Virus record (IMG/VR): IMGVR_UViG_3300027198_000001
Location: 1-55,908 of that record
From: a virus
Taxonomy: Duplodnaviria > Caudoviricetes
Strand: one strand, 5' to 3'
Length of the DNA stretch: 55,908 nucleotides
Position 1 is the first letter of the stretch; every line of letters starts with the position of its first letter. The translations under genes were made by a program, and so were the position numbers. Shown in pieces: positions 1 through 7,411 of the stretch. A model generated the notes under the pieces. The model was not told where the DNA came from, made no database searches, and worked only from the letters and a program-made list of their open reading frames with translations.

Positions 1-142
1 AAGACAGGGACAGCGTGACAGGGACAGCGTGACAGGATCGTAAGACAGGGACAGCGTGACAGGGACAGCGTGACAGGATCGTAAGACAGGGACAGCGTGA
101 CAGGATCGTAAGACAGGGACAGCGTGACGCCAAAACGATGCA
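1..142. repeat. Left terminal tandem array / terminal repeat
   Basis: Units A=GACAGGGACAGCGT (14 bp) and B=GACAGGATCGTAA (13 bp) in order A-A-B-A-A-B-A-B-A, then GACGCCAAAACGATGCA; 17-142 is identical to 55783-55908. Confidence 0.95.
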
Positions 143-718
143 ACTTTTTTTTGCTAGTATATAGTGCGCCACTCAAAACGTGATTGCATAGGGCGGGGTG
201 CCATATCTGGAAAGCTTGAAAGTAGGGGATATGGTAAGTGCATCCATTCTGCGTTTTGTGATCACAATTCAGATTGCCCTAGAAAATACACCTTTTTAGT
301 GAATTACCGCTTATCAATCCATACAAGAATGCAATGTTTTCAATAGGTTAACCCCTAGGAAAGCACTCAAAACAGCAACGGTGAGGATCATCATGGCTTT
401 AAGGGGCGGGCGAGGGCCACCGGGGGTGCATGGGTAGTACGTATATGTATAAATACACGCACGAGCTTTTTGAGTTAGACAACTCTAGGGTGTATACATG
501 TGTATATACAGCATACATGTCAGATCTCTAATGTATACCATATGAAAGTAAGACCGAATCGGACCTATCTAGTACAGTAGGGCTAGGGGGTATACGGACC
601 ACGGAATGTTTTTGCATTATTGCCCTGGCTCTCTAGCAGAAAACTGGGTAGTAGAGCTATAGTGTGTCTATAGTAACACATTCCTAAACTATTTAGGGGT
701 AGTACATCATTTTATGGA

Positions 719-747
719 TTGACACGTAATGTGAAATCTTTATAACT
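719..747 (+). promoter_or_regulatory. Sigma70-like promoter (late arm)
   Basis: TTGACA-N16-TATAACT; same pattern recurs at 1129, 2813, 10758 and 25833. Confidence 0.6.
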
Positions 748-808
748 GTTAAGAGAGAGAGAGTTAAACACTTATAGTTAAACATATAAAAAGAGTAATA
801 CATAAAGA

Positions 809-1194
809 AGAGTATAACTAAAGAAGAGTAGTACAAATATGATAGTATTACTTCTGATAAGTTAAACATATTCAGAATGTGTAACATTTAGATCATTGGA
901 CATAGGAAGAGTGTAACTCTCTAGAGTATTACTCTAAGAGTACAAACTATTTACTTGTAATACATATATATCCGTGTTACTGTTCTTAGAGTTTAACTCT
1001 GTATAAGCAATAATCATAGTAAGAGTTATACTTTACTGGTACGTGTCACACTCAATAGTGTTACTCTCCTCCCTGTCTCCCTAACAATATTTGTATTGCG
1101 ACACGTACCACTTATTTTCATATAAGTGTTGACACCTATGACTAAAGACATACAACTATACGCATCTGATGACGTATTAGAAGAGTTTTACTCT
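809..1194. repeat. Cluster of 13-bp palindromes AGAGT-N3-ACTCT
   Basis: Perfect copies at 908-920, 923-935, 988-1000 and 1182-1194; degenerate copies near 809, 842, 937, 1022 and 1055. Confidence 0.8.
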
Positions 1195-1413
1195 GCATTA
1201 GCAGACGGTAACACACCTAAACTCAGACGTATTCATATCCCTAGAAGTGACGTATTCTATGTGAGGGCTGCTATAGAGGCAGACACTGGAGTGAAATACT
1301 CCTTGGATCACGTAGAGAGAGCTATGTACTTAGAGGGTCACTTATCTCGCAGAGATGTGTTAGACCCAGACAGGAAGAGACCCTATGCCGACACCCCCCA
1401 AGAAGAAGACTAA
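1138..1413 (+). CDS. Hypothetical phage protein
   Basis: ORF with ATG at 1138 at the head of the + arm gene string, overlapping the next gene. Confidence 0.7.
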   Translation: MTKDIQLYASDDVLEEFYSALADGNTPKLRRIHIPRSDVFYVRAAIEADTGVKYSLDHVERAMYLEGHLSRRDVLDPDRKRPYADTPQEED

Positions 1414-1657
1414 TCGTAACTACACCATGAGTGGTGAAGGTAAGTATGACAAGTCGCCTAAACGCATGGCTGATAACCGCTCTCGTAAGAAGGCACGTTA
1501 TGCTATGGAGAAGGGTGGCCTAGTCTCTAAGGGTGACGGCAAGGATGTTGATCACAAGGATGGCAACCCACGTAACAATGCTAAGTCTAACCTCCGTGTA
1601 CAGACACCAGCTAAGAACAGAAGTATCCCACGTAACAGCAAAGCAGGGAAGAAGTGA
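1385..1657 (+). CDS. Small HNH endonuclease-like protein (packaging region)
   Basis: DVDHKDGNPRNN...NLRV...NRS HNH motif; upstream of the terminase genes. Confidence 0.75.
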   Translation: MPTPPKKKTNRNYTMSGEGKYDKSPKRMADNRSRKKARYAMEKGGLVSKGDGKDVDHKDGNPRNNAKSNLRVQTPAKNRSIPRNSKAGKK

Positions 1658-1658
1658 T

Positions 1659-1937
1659 ATGCCTGTAGAGTATCGTGGAGAGAAGTTTTCTGGCTACAAC
1701 AAGCCTAAGCGCACATCAAGTCACCCTACTAAGTCACACGCAGTATTAGCTAAAGAAGGTGATACTGTTAAGATGATACGCTTTGGGGAGCAGGGTGCAT
1801 CTACAGCAGGTAAACCCAAAGCTGGTGAGTCGGACCAAATGAAGAAGAAGAGAGCATCATTCAAAGCTAGACATGCTAAGAATATTGCTAAAGGTAAAAT
1901 GAGTGCAGCTTACTGGGCTGACAAGGAAAAGTGGTAG
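1659..1937 (+). CDS. Basic conserved phage protein
   Basis: ATG at 1659 just after the previous stop; K/R-rich with KMIRFG...SFKARH...SAAYW motif. Confidence 0.75.
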   Translation: MPVEYRGEKFSGYNKPKRTSSHPTKSHAVLAKEGDTVKMIRFGEQGASTAGKPKAGESDQMKKKRASFKARHAKNIAKGKMSAAYWADKEKW

Positions 1938-1948
1938 ATATATTACAG

Positions 1949-2179
1949 ATGAAGTTTTATCATAAGTATAAAGTAGAACTAGAAGCTAAGGGTTATGTCG
2001 TAGATGAGCATGGTTATGTGTGGGATCACATGGGTAACCAGTCTGCAGGTGAAGACAACTATGGTAACGTACAGAGTAAAGACCCTAACGTCACTGAGAT
2101 CTGTCGTGTAGCAGAGTTAGAACAGTCAAAGCCTAAGCCTAAGAAGGTTAAAGCTAAGAAAGCTGCAGAGGAAGAGTAA
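1949..2179 (+). CDS. Hypothetical protein
   Basis: ORF coupled to the next gene by TAATG overlap. Confidence 0.7.
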   Translation: MKFYHKYKVELEAKGYVVDEHGYVWDHMGNQSAGEDNYGNVQSKDPNVTEICRVAELEQSKPKPKKVKAKKAAEEE

Positions 2180-2535
2180 TGGCATTAGTATCGCAGGGCA
2201 GGAATGCTCGTAAAAGATCTATATGGGGTCACAACACTACAGCAAGTGTAGAGACTGTCTATACCTGCCCTGCGAACTGTGTTGCAGAGTTGAACTATCT
2301 GCACATTCACAACAGTATGGGCAACACTGGTATCACTATTCAGTGGTATATTGCTGCCGATAACTACACTTCACACTATCTAGAGGGTAAAAACCTAGGT
2401 GTAGGTGAGACACTAACATTCCCAGATATTCAGCTTGTACTACAGGCTGGTGACAAGATTCAGGTAATGCCCTCTGTAGCGGCACATGTTGATACTATCC
2501 TGACTGTAACTGAGACCTTTGTTCCTGTAGGGTAA
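2179..2535 (+). CDS. Putative virion structural protein
   Basis: TVYTCPA...LVLQAGDKIQV beta-rich fold, similar to 13753-14061. Confidence 0.65.
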   Translation: MALVSQGRNARKRSIWGHNTTASVETVYTCPANCVAELNYLHIHNSMGNTGITIQWYIAADNYTSHYLEGKNLGVGETLTFPDIQLVLQAGDKIQVMPSVAAHVDTILTVTETFVPVG

Positions 2536-2639
2536 CGGGTATGCAGTATTAGTAAGTACAAAACACAAGAGGCTTAGATATAACTACGTGTATAATAGGG
2601 TTGCGCTGTGCAGTCCTTACATACAAAGGTTATATAACT

Positions 2640-2807
2640 ATGCTACAGAAACTCAAAGCAGCTATCATGCACTTTCATCGTGCTATCGTAAAGTCTCAAC
2701 AACGCCGTGCTGACTTCTTCATCTTGACTCACATGACAGATGCAGAACTGAGAGACATTGGTGTAGCTCGTGGTGAGATTAAAGAACGCTACTACGCTAA
2801 GGATTAA
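2640..2807 (+). CDS. DUF1127 (YjiS-like) small protein
   Basis: QQRRAD...LTHMTDAELRDIGVARGEI matches the DUF1127 L..L.D..L.DIG..R signature. Confidence 0.8.
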   Translation: MLQKLKAAIMHFHRAIVKSQQRRADFFILTHMTDAELRDIGVARGEIKERYYAKD

Positions 2808-2812
2808 GGTGC

Positions 2813-2841
2813 TTGCTATTAAGGTTGTACTGAGTATAACT
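2813..2841 (+). promoter_or_regulatory. Sigma70-like promoter of the terminase operon
   Basis: TTGCTA-N16-TATAACT upstream of RBS AGAGGA and ATG 2873. Confidence 0.55.
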
Positions 2842-2872
2842 ATATGCAAGCCTAATTAAAGAGGACAACTTA

Positions 2873-3244
2873 ATGGCAAGAAATCTAACAGAGAATCAGC
2901 AAAAGTTTCTAGAAGTACTCTTCGATGAAGCTGGTGGTGACGTTGTTCTTGCCAAGAAGTTGGCAGGTTATAGTGAAAACACACCTACACGCTTGATTGT
3001 AGAAGCACTTAAAGATGAGATCAATGACGCAACACGCACCTACTTCTCTCGTACTGCACCAAAAGCTGCTATGGCTATGGTTAACGCTTTGTATGACCCT
3101 ACAGAGCTTGGCATAAAAGAAAAGATGGCTGCAGCTAAAGACTTGCTAGATCGTGCAGGACTTGGTAAAGTAGACAGAGTAGATGTTTCCTCTTCTGGTG
3201 GTGGTATCTTCTATCTCCCACCTAAAGAAGGTAATAACGAGTAA
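2873..3244 (+). CDS. terS: Putative terminase small subunit
   Basis: N-terminal LTENQQKF...AKKLAGYS HTH typical of TerS; KMAAAKDLLDRAG; upstream of TerL. Confidence 0.7.
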   Translation: MARNLTENQQKFLEVLFDEAGGDVVLAKKLAGYSENTPTRLIVEALKDEINDATRTYFSRTAPKAAMAMVNALYDPTELGIKEKMAAAKDLLDRAGLGKVDRVDVSSSGGGIFYLPPKEGNNE

Positions 3245-3246
3245 CA

Positions 3247-3675
3247 GTGTCTTTTGATTATGATAGAGATCTAGGCTTCTGGGAGTTACCTAAGCCTAAC
3301 AAGGGTAGAGAACGGGAGTGGCACGTTATAGCTAGAGTAAGTTCTAGGATTGTACCTTTCGGCTATGAGGTACATCCAGAGAATGAAAAGCTCCTAGTTC
3401 CTATCCCTGACCAGCTTGAAGCGTTAGAGCTTGCAAAGCGTCACTTAAAGCAGTACTCTTTTAGAGATGTATCTCGCTGGCTTTCTAAACAGACAGGCCG
3501 TTACATATCACATATGGGCCTAAAGAAGAGAGTTGAAATTGAGCGAAGACGTAAAAAAACTGCTGCAATTAAACGCAAGCTTGCCAAGCGCCTCGAAGAA
3601 ACGCTACACGAGATCAAAAAACTCGAAGAGCAAAACATCGGAGCCTACTCCATCACAGGAGGGGAAGACACCTAA
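3247..3675 (+). CDS. HTH DNA-binding protein (recombinase-domain-like)
   Basis: VPFGYEV...LVPIPDQ...SFRDVSRWL...ISHMGL; GTG start. Confidence 0.65.
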   Translation: MSFDYDRDLGFWELPKPNKGREREWHVIARVSSRIVPFGYEVHPENEKLLVPIPDQLEALELAKRHLKQYSFRDVSRWLSKQTGRYISHMGLKKRVEIERRRKKTAAIKRKLAKRLEETLHEIKKLEEQNIGAYSITGGEDT

Positions 3676-5128
3676 GCAGGTTGAAACCGTTTACGCTGAA
3701 GTTAAATCTGCAGAGTATAACATCGAAGATGCACAGGACGTTGTATTCAAGCCTAACGCAGGGCCACAGACAGCCTTTCTAAGCTCCTCTGAGCGTGAAG
3801 TACTCTACGGGGGTGCTGCGGGTGGCGGAAAGTCTTATGCGATGCTTGCAGACCCCTTACACGGCCTCAATGACCCTAACTTCTCTGGTCTGCTAGTACG
3901 ACATACTACGGAAGAACTACGAGAGCTTATCCAGAAGAGCCAAGAACTATATCCTAAAGCTATTCCTGGCATTAAGTGGTCAGAGCGTAAGTCACAATGG
4001 ACTTCACCTCGTGGTGGTAGACTCTGGATGTCTTACTTGGATAAAGACTTGGATGTTAACCGCTACCAAGGTCAGGCGTTTAACTGGATTGGCTTTGACG
4101 AACTTACTCAGTGGGGTACGCCTTACGCTTGGGACTATATGCGTTCACGACTACGTAGTGCCAGCAAGGAGTTAGGTTTGTACATGAGAGGTACTACTAA
4201 CCCTGGTGGCGCTGGGCATAGTTGGGTTAAGAAGATGTTTATTGACCCTGGTCCTGCTAATAAATCTTTCTGGGCTACAGACATTGAGTCTGGTGAGACT
4301 ATTAGGTTCCCTGTAGGTCACAGTAAAGAGGGTCAGCCACTATTTAAGCGCAGATTTATCCCTGCAATGCTATTTGATAACCCCTACCTAGCAGACTCTG
4401 GCGACTATGAAGCCATGCTTCTGTCTCTACCTGCACACCAGCGTAAGCAGCTTCTAGAGGGTAACTGGGATATTAACGAGGGTGCAGCGTTTCCTGAGTT
4501 TGACAGGAACAAGCATGTAGTAGAAGCTTTTGACATTCCAGAGTCTTGGCCTCGGTTTAGAGCCTGTGACTACGGATACGGTTCTTACACTGGTGTTCTG
4601 TGGTTTGCTGTATCACCTTCTGAGCAGCTTGTTGTGTATAGAGAGTTGTATTGTTCTAAAGTTACCGCTTCTGATCTAGCAGATATGATCTTAGACTTAG
4701 AAGCACATGACGGTAAGATGCTATATGGCGTACTCGACTCTTCTCTCTGGCATAACAGGGGTGATACTGGACCTAGCCTTGCAGAGCAGATGAACATGAA
4801 GGGCTGTAGATGGAGGCCTTCTGATAGATCTAGAGGTTCTCGTATCTCAGGTAAGAACGAAATACACAGACGTTTACAAGTAGATGAGTACACAGAAGCC
4901 CCACGTCTCGTATTCACTAGCAATTGTACGCATACTATAGCTCAAATCCCATCTATACCTCTAGATAAGCGTAATCCAGAGGATGTAGATACAAACTCAG
5001 AAGATCACCTCTATGATGCCTTGCGCTATGGTATTATGACTAGACCACGCAGCAAAAGCATATGGGATTACGATCCTGCAACACAACGCACTGGTTTTCA
5101 GGCTAGTGACACAACATTTGGATACTAA
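3533..5128 (+). CDS. terL: Terminase large subunit
   Basis: Walker A YGGAAGGGKS, Walker B IGFDEL, GTTNPGG, nuclease DYGY and DHLYDALRY motifs; start uncertain (TTG). Confidence 0.95.
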   Translation: MKLSEDVKKLLQLNASLPSASKKRYTRSKNSKSKTSEPTPSQEGKTPKQVETVYAEVKSAEYNIEDAQDVVFKPNAGPQTAFLSSSEREVLYGGAAGGGKSYAMLADPLHGLNDPNFSGLLVRHTTEELRELIQKSQELYPKAIPGIKWSERKSQWTSPRGGRLWMSYLDKDLDVNRYQGQAFNWIGFDELTQWGTPYAWDYMRSRLRSASKELGLYMRGTTNPGGAGHSWVKKMFIDPGPANKSFWATDIESGETIRFPVGHSKEGQPLFKRRFIPAMLFDNPYLADSGDYEAMLLSLPAHQRKQLLEGNWDINEGAAFPEFDRNKHVVEAFDIPESWPRFRACDYGYGSYTGVLWFAVSPSEQLVVYRELYCSKVTASDLADMILDLEAHDGKMLYGVLDSSLWHNRGDTGPSLAEQMNMKGCRWRPSDRSRGSRISGKNEIHRRLQVDEYTEAPRLVFTSNCTHTIAQIPSIPLDKRNPEDVDTNSEDHLYDALRYGIMTRPRSKSIWDYDPATQRTGFQASDTTFGY

Positions 5129-5130
5129 GT

Positions 5131-7233
5131 ATGGCAGAAAATGATGAAATGATGTTCGAGACGGACGATGTTGTTGCAGCAGAGGACGGTAAGGACACTC
5201 TATTTACAGCAAGTAGTGTAGTTTCATACGTTACTGACAGGTTCACTAGAGCAGAAGACGCTCGTCTAGGCGATGAAGAGCGTTGGCTTAGAGCTTATCG
5301 CAACTATCGTGGCTTGTATGGTCCAGATGTTAAGTTCACTGACACTGAGAAGTCTCGTGTGTTTGTAAAGGTAACTAAAACTAAGACACTTGCTGCTTAT
5401 GGTCAGATCATTGACGTACTGTTTGGTAACAACAGGTTCCCAATGAGTGTAGATCCTTCTATTCTACCTGATGGTGTCGTAGAATCTGCTCATATCAACA
5501 TTGATCCTAATGCGGAACAGGCTGGTGACGCCCTTAAAGCTGTTACCTCTGATCCAGCATCTAAGCCTTACTTGATTGGCCCAGATACTAAGCTTATGCC
5601 CGGCGAGACACTTACTTCATTGAAGGATCGTCTTGGCCCACTAAAAGAAAAGCTTGCACCTATTTCTGATAAGATCATTGAGGGTGTAGGTACTACAGCT
5701 ACTACTGTAACATTCCACCCAGCTATGGTTGCAGCTAAGAAGATGGAAAAGAAGATCCACGACCAGCTTCAAGAGTCTGGCGCTTCTGTTCACCTTCGCT
5801 CTATGGCGTTTGAGATGGCTTTGCTTGGCACTGGTGTTATGAAGGGTCCATTTGCTGTAGATAAGGAGTATCCTAACTGGGACGAAGAGGGCAACTATGA
5901 GCCTCTCATTAAGACTGTACCTGAGTGTAGTCATGTCTCTGTATGGAACTTCTACCCAGACCCAGAAGCATCATCAATGGCAGATGCAGAGTATACTGTA
6001 GAGCGTCACAAGATGTCTCGCACACAGCTACGTGCATTGAAGTCTCGCCCATACTTCATGAAAGAGGCTATCGGTACAGCTATTGATAGAGGTGCTGACT
6101 ACATCCAGAAGCACTGGGAACAGGCTATGGAAGATGCCTCTACTCAACCAGAGTCAGAGCGTTGGGAAGTCCTAGAGTTCTGGGGTTTTGTAGATGTTGA
6201 TATTCTTGAAGAGAATGGCATCAAGATCCCTAAAGAGTATAAAGATCTTGATGAGCTTAATGCTAACGTATGGGTGTGTAACGGCGAAGTGATCCGTCTT
6301 GTGCTTAACCCATTCAAACCTGCACGTATTCCTTACTACGCCGTACCATATGAGCATAACCCTTACAGCTTCTTCGGTGTAGGTATTGCTGAGAACATGG
6401 ACGATACTCAGACGTTGATGAACGGCTTTATGCGTATGGCTATTGATAACGCTGCAATGTCGGGTAACTTGATCATTGAAGTAGATGAGTCTAACCTAGT
6501 TCCAGGACAAGATATGTCTATCTACCCAGGAAAGATCTTCAGGCGTCAAGGTGGCGCTCCAGGACAGGCTATCTTTGGTACGAAGTTCCCTAACGTAGCA
6601 CAAGAGAACATGCAGCTTTTTGATAAGGCTCGTGTACTGGCTGATGAGTCTACAGGCTTCCCTAGCTTTGCACATGGTCAGACTGGTGTGTCTGGTGTAG
6701 GTCGTACTGCTTCTGGTATCTCTATGCTTATGTCTGCAGCTAACGGTTCTATCCGCACTGTAGTTAAGAACGTAGATGACTACCTTATCAAACCACTAGG
6801 TAAGTCTTTCTTTGCATTCAACATGCAGTTTGACTTTGATCCTAGCATTCGTGGTGACTTGGAAGTTAATGCTTCAGGTACAGAGAGCCTCATGGCTAAC
6901 GAAGTACGCTCCCAGCGCTTGATGCAGTTCTTGCAGGTAGCACAGAACCCTGTCTTGGCTCCTTTCGCTAAGATGGACTACATCATTCGTGAGATTGCTA
7001 AGTCTATGGATCTTGACCCAGCTAAGGTTACCAACTCTATTACTGATGCAGCTATTCAGGCAGAGATCCTGAAAGGGTTCCAATCTGCACAGCAACCTCC
7101 TGCAGGTGGCCCAGCGCCACAGGGACAGGGTCCACAAGGCGTTCAGGACTCTTCTGGTGGGGGTGGTTCACAAATAGGTGTAGGTAATGCTCCAGCACCA
7201 GGAGAAGATGGGTTCAGTGGCAATGTCGCTTAA
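5131..7233 (+). CDS. Portal protein
   Basis: 700 aa after TerL; FYPDP, FFGVGIAENM, RTASGISMLM motifs of podoviral portals. Confidence 0.9.
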   Translation: MAENDEMMFETDDVVAAEDGKDTLFTASSVVSYVTDRFTRAEDARLGDEERWLRAYRNYRGLYGPDVKFTDTEKSRVFVKVTKTKTLAAYGQIIDVLFGNNRFPMSVDPSILPDGVVESAHINIDPNAEQAGDALKAVTSDPASKPYLIGPDTKLMPGETLTSLKDRLGPLKEKLAPISDKIIEGVGTTATTVTFHPAMVAAKKMEKKIHDQLQESGASVHLRSMAFEMALLGTGVMKGPFAVDKEYPNWDEEGNYEPLIKTVPECSHVSVWNFYPDPEASSMADAEYTVERHKMSRTQLRALKSRPYFMKEAIGTAIDRGADYIQKHWEQAMEDASTQPESERWEVLEFWGFVDVDILEENGIKIPKEYKDLDELNANVWVCNGEVIRLVLNPFKPARIPYYAVPYEHNPYSFFGVGIAENMDDTQTLMNGFMRMAIDNAAMSGNLIIEVDESNLVPGQDMSIYPGKIFRRQGGAPGQAIFGTKFPNVAQENMQLFDKARVLADESTGFPSFAHGQTGVSGVGRTASGISMLMSAANGSIRTVVKNVDDYLIKPLGKSFFAFNMQFDFDPSIRGDLEVNASGTESLMANEVRSQRLMQFLQVAQNPVLAPFAKMDYIIREIAKSMDLDPAKVTNSITDAAIQAEILKGFQSAQQPPAGGPAPQGQGPQGVQDSSGGGGSQIGVGNAPAPGEDGFSGNVA

Positions 7234-7411
7234 AAAGCTAGTCAATGATAAAGCTATCTGGGATGCGCTTATTGAGGAGTTAGATGGGCGCATCTCTGGT
7301 ACACATAAAACCTTAGAGAGTTTGACGGATACTTCTGAGATATATAGATGTCAGGGTTACATCCAAGCTTTACGGAAACTAAAATACTTGAGGGATGTAG
7401 TCAATGGCTGA
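7223..7411 (+). CDS. Small conserved post-portal protein
   Basis: ATG at 7223; EIYRCQGYIQALRKL motif typical of the small gene after podoviral portals. Confidence 0.75.
   Translation: MSLKKLVNDKAIWDALIEELDGRISGTHKTLESLTDTSEIYRCQGYIQALRKLKYLRDVVNG

Noticed and set aside
1-142. Terminal arrays as a CRISPR array
   Set aside because: Units are 13-14 bp and directly abut with no unique spacers; no cas operon is present (the Cas4-like gene is a typical phage replication exonuclease)
164-887. ORFs 164-346 (+) and 693-887 (-)
   Set aside because: Low-complexity translations across the repeat/promoter region with no RBS; more likely non-coding
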